Source: Macrostomum lignano (taxonomy: Eukaryota). Taken from it: a stretch of DNA of 64,000 nt. Under the pieces are notes generated by a model. The model was not told where the DNA came from. It ran no database searches and was given only the letters and a program-made list of their open reading frames with translations. The position numbers and the translations under genes are program-made. This document shows, piece after piece, positions 12,801 through 24,700 of this stretch (its first letter is position 1; each line of letters starts with the position of its first letter). Location of the stretch: contig NIVC01001511.1 in the NCBI GenBank assembly GCA_002269645.1, forward strand, positions 186,001 through 250,000. Direction: 5' to 3'.

Positions 12801-15800
12801 AATTTTAGGCAAGCGAAGCATGCATAGCAGTTGACACCAAGGTCTGTGAATATGGAATCATAACCTGTACAAGAAACCTAAATCAGTAAAGGACACACTG
12901 AGATCAGTACGAGAAACACACTAAAATCAGTACAAGAACACACTTAAATTAGTACAAGAACACACGTAAATCTGTACAAGAACACACTTAAATCTGTACA
13001 AGAACACACTTAAATCTGTACAAGAACACACTTAAATCTGTACAAGAACACACTTAAATCTGTACAAAAACCACACTTAAATCTGTGCAAGAACACACTT
13101 AAATCGGTACAAGAACACACTTAAAATCTGTACAAGAACACACTAAAATCTGTACAAGAACACACTAAAATTTGTACAAGAACACACTAAAATTTGTACA
13201 AAACACACTAAATCTGTACAAGAACACACTTAAAATCTGTACAAGAACACACTAAAATCTGTACAAGAACACACTAAAATTTGTACAAAACACACTAAAA
13301 TCTGTACAAGAACACACTAAAATCTGTACAAGAACACAATTAAATCTGTACAAGAACACACTAAAATCTGTACAAGAACACACTAAAATCTGTACAAGAA
13401 CACAATTAAATCTGTACAAGAACACACTAAAATCTGTAAAAGAACACACTAAAATCGGTACAAGAACACACTTAAATCTGTACAAGAACACACTTAAATC
13501 TGTACAAGAACACGCTAAAAAATCTGTAAAAGAACACACTTAAATCAGTACAAGAAATCTAAATCTACAGTGTACAAAGAAAGCACCTAGATCTGTACTA
13601 CAAATAACTAAAACGCACAAGAATCCAATATCTGTACAAGACTGCCACAAATATCAGTACAAATATTTGCATGGACGCCAGCTGCACCAGCACCCACCTG
13701 CAAGTCGTCCTGCAGCCTGGCGACATCCCTCTGCAGGCAGTCGGCCCGGTGCCGCTCGCTGGCCAGCTCAGCCTGGGCGGTCTCGCTCGCCTTCCGCACC
13801 TGCCGCAGCTCCTGCTCCCTGTTGCCCAGCTGGTCCTGGGCCCGGCCGAGCTGGTATTCGGCGTGGTGCAGCTGGGCGCGCAGATCGGCGGTCAGCGCCT
13901 CCTTGGCTTTGGCCTCCTCTTCGGCGGCGCGCAACCGATCGGCGCGCTCTTGCAGCGCGCCCTCCAAGCTGTCCTTCTCGTAGTCCAAGTTGTTGATGCC
14001 AGCGCGCAATTGGGCCTGCTCGTCGCGTAGAGACTTCACCTCGCGGTCCAGACAGATGCAGCGGTCCTGGGTATGTTAGGGGAAGTAAATTTAATTCACA
14101 TCTATAGATGCATGCGAGTCATGGGCTATTAAAACTATAGAGCTTCTTACTGGGTACTACTATTTCCGGTATAAATACTTATTTTGAATGAATTATTGTA
14201 GATTAGCACAATTTCCGGTTTAGTCTGAGTTTGGATGAGCACTACTTCCGGTTTAGTCTGATTTTGGATGAGCACTACTTCCGGTTTAGTCTGAGTTTGG
14301 ATGAGCACTACTTCCGGTTTAGTCTGATTTTGGATGAGCACTACTTCCGGTTTAGTCTGATTTTGGATGAGCACTACTTCCGGTTTAGTCTGAGTTTGGA
14401 TGAGCACTACTTCCGGTTTAGTCTGATTTTGGATTAGCACAATTTCCGGTTTAGTCTGAGTTTGGATGAGCACTACTTCCGGTTTAGTCTGATTTTGGAT
14501 GAGCACTACTTCCGGTTTAGTCTGAGTTTGGATGAGCACTACTTCCGGTTTAGTCTGAGTTTGGATGAGCACTACTTCCGGTTTATTCTAAATTTGGATT
14601 AGCACAACTTCCGGTTCATTCTTAATTTGGATTAGCACTACTTCCGGTTCATTCTTAATTTGGATTAGCACTACTTCCTATTCATTCTTAATTTGGATTA
14701 GCACTACTTCCTATTCATTCTTAATTTGGATTAGCACTACTTCCTATTCATTCTTAATTTGGATTAGCACTACTTCCTATTCATTCTTAATTTGGATTAG
14801 CACTACTTCCTATTCATTCTTAATTTGGATTAGCACTACTTCCTATTCATTCTTAATTTGGATTAGCACTACTTCCTATTCATTCTTAATTTGGATTAGC
14901 ACTACTTCCTATTCATTCTTAATTTGGATTAGCACTACTTCCTATTCATTCTTAATTTGGATTAGCACTACTTCCTATTCATTCTTAATTTGGATTAGCA
15001 CTACTTCCTATTCATTCTTAATTTGGATTAGCACTACTTCCTATTCATTCTTAATTTGTGTGATGCTCTGCTGGCAACTCTAGTGCTTGATGAATAACGA
15101 AGCTCGTATCTTGCTTTGCTTGTTTATTTGGCTTTAGGACCACATTAATGCTAGCGGGGCTTGTAACAAGATTATGAAACTAGGACACTTATATATTAGG
15201 AAGGGATGAGGGAGGTGGCATTTGGGCGCAGCGGCCATAGACTATTGCACGAGCGTATGTCATGTCTCCCTCCAGAAGGAAAGAGTTGAACTATGTCTCC
15301 GAACAATGTAAACTTTATGTTAGGAACTCAACAGATAACTAATTCAAATTCAGCGTGTCAGGTTTCATTTTGGTTACTCGTAATGTGTAGCTAATGCGTT
15401 TTTTAGCAGTCATGAGGAGTAGCGGTCTGGTTGGCGACGCATCCGGGTGCTACGGCGAATTCCACCTGCTTCTTGTTCTTGCGCGCCTTGGTTCGAATTG
15501 TCGCTGGGGTTCCCTGCCTCCGTGTCTGCGGGATCTCCTGCCATTGATTCTTCATCGTCGTGTGGCAGTGGAGCAAGTTGGTTGTCGCTTGCCAAACGCA
15601 GTTCGCTCCCGTCCAACACGAAGGCCGTGTTGCGGCCTCGGTTCATCACGTATTCGACAGTGGAGGGTGGAGCGTCCGAGGTTGGCTGATACAGAACGCG
15701 CTCGCCTTGGTTGAACGTGGAGACTACAGGAGCGCGTAGTTGGCGTCCGAAAACAATCTCAGCTGGCGTCTTGCCCCTACACGTAGATGAGTTTCGGTGA

Positions 15801-18800
15801 TGAAACAGCAATCGCTGTAGATAGGGAACAAATTCAGCGTGGGTGGTTCGTTCGTTCCAGGCCCGCAGAGCTCGTTTGACTGTCTGGACTGCTCGCTCAG
15901 CCGATCCATTGGCCTGGGGATAATAAGTTGGGGATTCCATCTTCTTTATGCCATTTTGGTGCAGCCAGCTCCTCAGTGAATCGCTGACGAACTCCGGAGC
16001 ATTGTCCGAAACTAAAAGTTCAGGCACACCAAAGCGTGTGAAAACAGTTCTGAGGCATTTAATGATCTGGTCTGTGGATCGATCTTTACAGGGAAAGGCC
16101 TCGATCCAACCAGAGTGAGAGTCGACTGCTATCAGGATGTTTCCAACATTCTTTACGTACGCCCAGTCAACGTGAAGCTTTTGAAACGGGTATTCAGTCG
16201 ATGGCCAGGTGTCTCTGGTCTTCCCCAATCTGGGCCGCAGCCTGTTGCATACATCACACTGGCTGACAAATCGCTCGATGTCAGCGCGCATTCCAGGCCA
16301 CCAGCAGGACAAGCTCATGAAGTTGAGTGTCGCCAGAGACCCAGAGTGAGTGTCATGCGCTGCACGAAAAGCTTCTTTCCGCAGTCTTGGCGGAATGTAG
16401 ACCTGGCGACCCTTGAACAGTAAGCCGTCCTCGATAGTTAGGCATTGCGATACGGCCTGGAATGGTTTCTCAGCCTGAGAACAGCCAGCCCAGTTTCCCG
16501 AGCGAACTCGGTGCATCACTTTTTTTATGAGCTCATCCAACTCTAGCTCTGCGGCAACCCGGTTCCTGGAAATGACAGACGGCTCGAAGGCAACGCAATC
16601 AATGGCTTCGCAGACTTCCGCCGAATCGTTAGATGAGTCAGTGAAGCGTAGGCGAGAAAGCGCATCGGCATGTGGAATCTTCTCTCCTGGTATATAGCGT
16701 ATGGTGTAGTCAAGGTGCATCATCGCGAGTGCCCATCTGCTAATGCGAGCGGAGGTGTTCAGCGGCACCCCGCGAGACTGGCCGAAGAGCTGTTCGAGAG
16801 GCTTATGATCCGTCTGTATTGTAAAGTGGCGGCCCAGTAAATAGTGCTTCAGCCGGCTGACTGCCCAAAAAACGGCAAGGGCTTCTCGCTCTATGTTCGA
16901 ATAGTTTTGTTCGGCAGTAGAAAGACACCGAGAAATATAGATCACAGGATGGCCATCTTGCGTGACCACTCCTGCAAGTGCTCCCTTGGAGGCATCTGTG
17001 GTAAGAGTGAGTTCCTTTTCTAATGAGTATGGCTGGACTATGGGTTGAGAGGCAATCTCCGTCTTGAGTTGTCTGAAGGCTCGGTCACACTCAGCTGTCC
17101 ACTGAAAGTTGGCGTCCGCTCTGCGCAGTCGATTTAGCGGCTGGATCTTTCCAGAGAAATTGGGTACTAGCCTTCCAAAGAAGTTTATTAGACCAACAAA
17201 TCGTTCCAGCTCCTTCTTGTCTTTAGGTTGTGCGATGCTGCGGATTTTCTCAACCAATCGATCATCGGGTTGGATGCCAGCAGCAGAAATTTTAAATCCC
17301 AGAAATGATATTTCATCAGTCGCCTCGATGCATTTGCTTTCGTTGATGGTGACATGCTTTTCTGCCAGCCTAGTCTTCACAGCACGAAGTCTTTTCTGTA
17401 GTGAATCACTGTTTTCGGCGAAAACTAATACGTCGTCTTGGTAGATGAGAACGCCCTTTAGGTCTGACAGAATACTTTCCATCGCGCGCTGAAAAATAAA
17501 AGATGCATTCTTCATCCCCATCTGAAGTCTTTTCACGCGAAATAATCCTTTGGATGTGTTAATTATTGAGAGATCCTGAGCAGCCTCGTCCAATTCTATC
17601 TGCCAATAGGCCGACCTCAGGTCTACTTTGGCGAACTTCTTGGCGTTTTTTAGTTTGGAAAATAGGTGCTCCACGCTAGGGATGGGATAGTCCTCTGACT
17701 TGATCTTTGCGTTGACGTGAACGCTGTAGTCAGCGCACATCCTTAGGGTTCCATCTTTCTTTTTGACCCAGACGACAGGAGAAGCATTGCTCACCGGGCC
17801 GTCAACTGGTTCTATCACGCCCAGCTGCTGCAGCCTGTCCAATTCAGCGTTGATGGAGGATTCCAGGGCGACAGGCACGGGACGCGCACGGCAAAACCTC
17901 GGAGTGGCACCAGCGATGGTCTCCATTTTGGCCTTGATGCCTTTAATCACGGGTAGGGCATCCACGCTGTTACCGATGCTAGTGGAGCATGTGCTGTGGA
18001 CTTGCGCTGAGTCCAATAAGTCACGGCCTAACAGACCGAATGTCTTAGAGGCCTGTACAACGATCAGTTCAGCAGGGTGAAACTTGCCGCGAAGCTCAAT
18101 GGCGGTTGATAACTTGCCGAGGACTTTAAGCGTGTGGCCATCGTAGGCTTGAAGACGGCGATGACACTTCTGGAGGGCCGGGCGGCGGAGTGACTCCCAG
18201 AGAGTGCTTGAAATGACGCTCACCGCAGCACCGGTGTCTACTTGCATTGGGATTTGAGCACCATTGATGCCTATGTTTTCCAGTGTCGAGTCGATAGCGT
18301 GAACCGTGTCCGCGTCCCCAAGGTGAAGAAGGGACGTGGTATCTGGTTGCGGCGTGTCTGCGTTTGAGAGCTCCTCGACGTTGTGGAGCTGGCGTGGTCG
18401 GGAGGATCGACATACTGATGCAAAGTGGTTTGGTTTTGAGCATTTGCTGCAGGTTTTTCCAAACGCTGGACACTTTCCAGCAACATGGACTTGACCGCAG
18501 TAGCCACAATGTCCAGTGCGTGGTCCAATCTTGCGCGGAGTGGTAAAGTTGTTCTTTGTAGCCAAAGAGCCATGGTGAATCTCCGGAACAGTTTCCTTTG
18601 GTGGGGAGGTCGTGAACGGCGTGGAGGCTTTTTGGACACGAACTCTTTCACTTGCTTGATCTGGGCAACAAAATCTACGATTTCCTCGACCGACAGCTCC
18701 TTGATCTGCATAGCTTCTAGAACTTTTTGCTGTGTTGTGGGACAGTGCATGCCAGCGACTAACGCCAGTTGAATCATGACCTCTTCTGGGCTTTCTGCCT

Positions 18801-20179
18801 CTTTCAGCGAGTCGAATTTGCAATGTTGGGCGGCCTTTCTTAGGCGCGAGAGGTAATCCGGAAGAGACTCGTCGTGCTGTTGCCGGATGGTGTAGAAGCG
18901 AGTTCGCTCGGCAATGGTGATGCGCGTCTTTGGTTGAAGGTAACTTTGAATGGCGGCCTCGATTGCAGAAAACTCCAATTCGTCGATCTTCTTTGGGGCC
19001 ACCAGAGATGTTAGCTTTTCAAGTGCTGGCAATCCGCATAGTGCTAGAAAGTTATCCGCAATTTCTCTGTTGGTGCCTTCATCTTTCCATTTCTTGGCTC
19101 GAGCGAGCGCACGGAATGCTGTTAGCCATGTCAGGGCGCGCTCAGGTTCTGAGAGTTCGATGCGTCCAAGTGCTTGCGACGCCATTGTGATGCTCTGCTG
19201 GCAACTCTAGTGCTTGATGAATAACGAAGCTCGTATCTTGCTTTGCTTGTTTATTTGGCTTTAGGACCACATTAATGCTAGCGGGGCTTGTAACAAGATT
19301 ATGAAACTAGGACACTTATATATTAGGAAGGGATGAGGGAGGTGGCATTTGGGCGCAGCGGCCATAGACTATTGCACGAGCGTATGTCAATTTGGATTAG
19401 CACTACTTCCGGTTCATTCTTAATTTGGATTAGCACTACTTCCTATTCATTCTTAATTTGGATTAGGACTACTTCCGGTTCATTCTTAATTTGGATTAGC
19501 ACTACTTCCGGTTCATTCTTAATTTGGATTAGCACTACTTCCGGTTCATTCTTAATTTGGATTAGCACTACTTCCGGTTCATTCTTAATTTGGATTAGCA
19601 CTACTTCCGGTTCATTCTTAATTTGGATTAGCACTACTTCCGGTTTATTCTTAATTTGGATTAGCACTACTTCCGGTTTATTCTTAATTTGGATTAGGAC
19701 TACTTCCGGTTTATTCTTAATTTGGATTAGGACTACTTCCGGTTTATTCTTAATTTGGATTAGCACTACTTCCGGTTTATTCTTAATTTGGATTAGGACT
19801 ACTTCCGGTTTATTCTTAATTTGGATTAGCACTACTTCCGGTTTATTCTTAATTTGGATTAGGACTACTTCCGGTTTATTCTAAATTTGGATTAGCACTA
19901 CTTCTGGTTTATTCTTAATTTGGATTAGCACTACTTTCGGTTTATTTATTCTATCTTGTCTTGAACTATCACTACTTCCGGTTGGATATTGCTTGAATTA
20001 TCACAACCTCTGGCTTGATAAAACTTCAATTACTAGTGGGGATCGAACCTCATGCAGACAGACAGACACCTGTTTGCCTTCATCAGTCAGCCATAGCAAC
20101 AGGCCTTCCTCTCCCACCACTCTCAGTGTGCACAGACGTTTCTTTTATGAAGACATTTTTGTCTATGTGGAGACTTTAC

Positions 20180-20216
<37 letters not shown>

Positions 20217-21022
20217 TAATAAAAATAATAATAATAATAATAATAATCATCATCATCATAACGAGAAGACAGATTATTGGGCCAGATGTGCAACCGACAG
20301 CTCAGCCGCAGCTATTGCGCTGCGCGGAGCACCTGCGCACGGCTGCTCAGTACAAGGACTGGGGGGGGGGGGGGGTCGCCACACACTCACCCTCAATTAC
20401 CCCAGCTAATGCTGGCACCCATCTTACAGCTGGGTGAACTGAAGCAATGCAGAGTTTAGTGTCTTGCTCAAGGATACAAATTGTTTCAGTGGGATCGGGA
20501 ATCGAACCCCCGACCTTCAAGTCGTGAGTCTGACGCTCTGACCACTGCCTACAACCCATCTACGATTCAGATTTTTATCCGTTTACTTTTCTCAGTTCAA
20601 TTGAACCGCTTACAATTATAATCAACTTCCGGTTCGTTATATACTGGATTATCACTACTTCCGGTTCATTTTTCAGCCTCAATACCCCTCGAGAATCTGA
20701 AACCCACCTGCAGCAGCGCGGCCGCATCCTGAGCCTGAGCCAAGTCGGCCTCCAGCTGGCGGCACTGCCGCTGGGCGGACTCCAGGCTCAGCCGGGCCTG
20801 GTTCGCGCCGCCTCTCTCGTTCGCCAACTCGTCGTCCCGGTCGGCCAGGGCCCGGTGCAGCTGCTTGGCCTGCTCCTCCAGCTCCTGGCAGCGGTGGCGC
20901 AGGGTGGCCGCCTTCGTGCCGTTGTCGTCTCGCTCGGCTGCGGCCTGAAATCATGCAGCCAGGTGAACGTCGGTTAATGATGGACTGATAGCCTCACAAA
21001 CGGCAGAAAGACAGAGACAGAC

Positions 21023-21065
<43 letters not shown>

Positions 21066-21194
21066 AAGACAGACAGAAAGACAGAAAGACAAACAGACAG
21101 ACAGACAGACACTAAGACAGACAGACAGACAGGCAGACAGATAGACAGACAGACACACAGACAGACAGACAGAAAGACAGACAGACAGACACTA

Positions 21195-21257
<63 letters not shown>

Positions 21258-21294
21258 AAGACAGACAGACAGAAAGACAGACAGAAAGACAGAC

Positions 21295-21327
<33 letters not shown>

Positions 21328-21330
21328 CTA

Positions 21331-21377
<47 letters not shown>

Positions 21378-21394
21378 AAGACAGACAGACAGAA

Positions 21395-21427
<33 letters not shown>

Positions 21428-21474
21428 CTAAGACAAACAGACAGACAGACACACAGACAGGCAGGCAGGCAGGC

Positions 21475-21553
<79 letters not shown>

Positions 21554-21634
21554 AAGACAGACAGAAAGATAGACAGACAGAAAGACAGACAGACAGTAAG
21601 ACAGACAGAAAGACAAACAGACAGACAGACAGAG

Positions 21635-21669
<35 letters not shown>

Positions 21670-21738
21670 AAGACAGACAGAAAGACAGAAAGACAGAAAG
21701 ACAGACAGAAAGACAGACAGACAGTAAGACAGACAGAA

Positions 21739-21783
<45 letters not shown>

Positions 21784-24700
21784 CTAAGAGACAGTCACAA
21801 ACAACCACTAGCAACCCCCAAAAAGCCCTAAACAGCCACAAGCAGATTCGAACAGCCCCCAAAAAGCCACTAACAGCCACAAGCAGATTCAAACAGCCCC
21901 CAAAAAGCCCTAAACAGCCACAAGCAGATTCGAACAGCCCCCAAAAAGCCACTAACAGCCACAAGCAGATTCAAACAGCCCCCAAAAAGCCCTAAACAGC
22001 CACAAGCAGATTCGAACAGCCCCCAAAAAGCCACTAACAGCCACAAGCAGATTCAAACAGCCCCCAAAAAGCCATTAACAGCCACAAGCAGATTCGAACA
22101 GCCCCTAGAAAGCCATTAACAGTCACACGAACCTTCCGCGCAGCAGCCTGCAGCTCCTCAATCCGCTGCTCCAGTCGGGCCCTGTCGGCCGATGCAGAAT
22201 CAGCCGCCGCCTTCATCCGATCCCGCAGGCTGTCCCGTTCCACAGCCGTCCGTCGCAGCTCCGCAATGGCGTCGTCTCGTTCAGTTTCGACGCGTTTCAG
22301 CACCGCCTGAGCGGCCAGCGACACCTTGGGCTGCTGGTTGGCGGACGACATGACCTCGCGCCTGGACCGGTGCAGCTCGTCCTTGGTGTCGTCCAGCATC
22401 CGCGCCAGCTGGTCGCGCTCGTGCGTCAGGGCGCGCACGTTGCCTTGAATCTCCGCCATGTGCCGCTCGAACTTGTCCAGCAGGGCCTGAAGCTCGTCGC
22501 GTTCGCGCTTTACGCGGAGCAGCTCGGCATCGTCGTAGGCCGCAGCGGTGTCGCGATCTCGCGTCGGCGGGGAGCGACCACGCTGGCGCAGCGTCGTCTC
22601 GTAGCTGCCGACGCCGCCGTTGCCGACATAGTCGGCGCCGTGGTCCGACGAGTAGTCCTGCGAGATGAGGGTGGGGAGGTCAAGAGTTCGAATCTTTAGT
22701 TGAGGTTAGGAGTTCGAATCTTTCGGTTGAGGTCGGGAGTTTGAATTTTTCGGTTGAGGTCGAGAGTTCGAATCTTTCGGTTGAGGTCCGGAGTTCAAAT
22801 CTTTTGGTTGAGGTCGAGAGTTCGAATCTTCGGTTGAGGTCGGGAGTTCGAATCTTTCGGTTGAGGTCGGGAGTTTGAATCTTCGGTTGAGGTCGGGAGC
22901 TCGAATCTTTTGGTTGAGGTCGGGAGTTTGAATCTTCGGTTGAGGTCGAGAGTTCGAATCTTTCGGTTGAGGTCGGGAGTTTGTATCTTTTGGTCGAGGT
23001 CGGGAGTTTGAATCTTTCGGTTGAGGTCACGAGTTTGAATCTTCGGTTGAGGTCGGGAGTTTGAATCTTTCGGTTGAGGTCGGGAGTTTGAATATTTTGG
23101 TTGAGGTCGAGAGTTCGAATCTTTCGGTTGAGGTCGGGAGTTCGAATCTTCGGTTGAGGTCGGGAGTTCGAATCTTTCGGTTGAGGTCGAGAGTTCGAAT
23201 CTTTCGGTTGAGGTCGGGAGTTCGAATCTTCGGTTGAGGTCGGGAGTTCGAATCTTTCGGTTGAGGTCGAGAGTTCGAATCTTTCGGTTGAGGTCGGGAG
23301 TTCGAATCTTTCGGTTGATGTCGGGAGTTCGAATCTTTCGGTTGAGGTCGAGAGTTCGAATCTTTTGGTTGATGTCGGGAGTTCGAATCTTTCGGTTGAG
23401 GTCGAGAGTTCGAATCTTTCGGTTGAGGTCGAGAGTTCGAATCTTTCGGTTGAGGTCGAGAGTTCGAATCTTTCGGTTGAGGTCGAGAGTTCGAAAACTC
23501 GTGTCGATTTTTTTAAATTACAACTAATTAACTTGAATCTAACATGAATTGGATTAATAAGGCTTACCAGCAGGCCAGCTTATTTTGAGACCAGGTTTAA
23601 TAGCCAATATGCTTTTTGGAAAAAATGGTTACAATACCGCAAGCCAAGCGGCTGTAGACTTGCTGCAGACTTGACAAGCGATCTTAATGAATGAGACCAG
23701 AGCTGTGATTTCTCAGCAACTAGCCTATACTAATAAGAGATGCTAAGGTTATAATATTTCAGGTAAAGCTGCATGCATAATTTATAAGTCTGTACCTGGC
23801 GCACAGGGCAACTGTGTCAAATAAACATAAGTCAGGCATGCCCCATAGCAGGTAAGATAGGCGTATTTGAGGTTGTCGCCATGACAACTATCTTAAACAA
23901 TGCGTGCAGGCAAATATTTACGGAATTCGTGTACGCCACATGCGCCAGGTTTTTTGTGAATTATAATTACTAAATTCTCTACATGCTACTTACTGATGCT
24001 ACGCAAGTTATAAAGAAATACATGTCATGTTTAAAATTAAGAAAGTGGCGGTGACCTCCCCAAGGAACTAAAAGGAGGAAGGGACTTAAAGAACTAGGGC
24101 CTCTCTACCTAGCTGGAAGAGGGAGGGAGCTCAGACCAAGAGTTCTGGTGACCCATGAGGAGCTGGAAAGTGGGAAGGGCAAGTGACCCTTCCCATGAGG
24201 AGCTCCGAGAGTGAGAGGGGAAGTGACCTGGAGGAAATGAAGAAACAAAGGAGGGCCGGTGACCCCCCTAGGATCTAGAGTAAGAGAGGGCGGTACCCCT
24301 GAGGAACTAGGGGAGTGGGGGCGGTGACCCCCTTGAGGGCGGTGACCCCTCGGAGGAACTAGGGAAGTGAGGAGCCATGAACACTTGAAGAACTACTACT
24401 AGTAGGGGAGTGAGGGCGGTGACCCCCTCATGAGGAACTAGAAGAGTGAGGGCGGTGACCCCCTCATGAGGAACTAGAAGAGTGAGGGCGGTGACCCCCT
24501 CATGAGGAACTAGAAGAGTGAGGGCGGTGACCCCCTCATGAGGAACTAGAAGAGTGAGGGCGGTGACCCCCTCATGAGGAACTAGAGGAGTGAGGGCGGT
24601 GACTCCCTCATGAGGAACTAGAGGAGTAAGAGCAGTAACCCCCTGAGGAATTAGGGAAGTGAGGTCGGTGACCCCTCTGAGGAACTAGGGGAGTGAGGGC

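Larger units (their letters stand above)
15059..19389 (-). mobile_element. Full-length Ty3/Gypsy LTR retrotransposon, Mag-like clade
   Basis: Two 204-bp TG...CA LTRs; ATTTG TSD at 15054-15058 and 19390-19394; PBS-like TGGCGTCGCAAG at 19184-19173; PPT GGAGGGAGA at 15273-15265; PR-RT-RH-INT domain order. Confidence 0.97.

Noticed and set aside
20490-20557. Functional tRNA gene (also 46586-46640 and the B-box at ~5068-5078)
   Set aside because: Acceptor and anticodon stems are mismatched and there is no proper 3' end; better explained as SINE-like or decayed heads
20951-21964. Long SVCL-repeat ORFs (also 2120-2704)
   Set aside because: Readouts of (ACAG)n/(TCTG)n microsatellites
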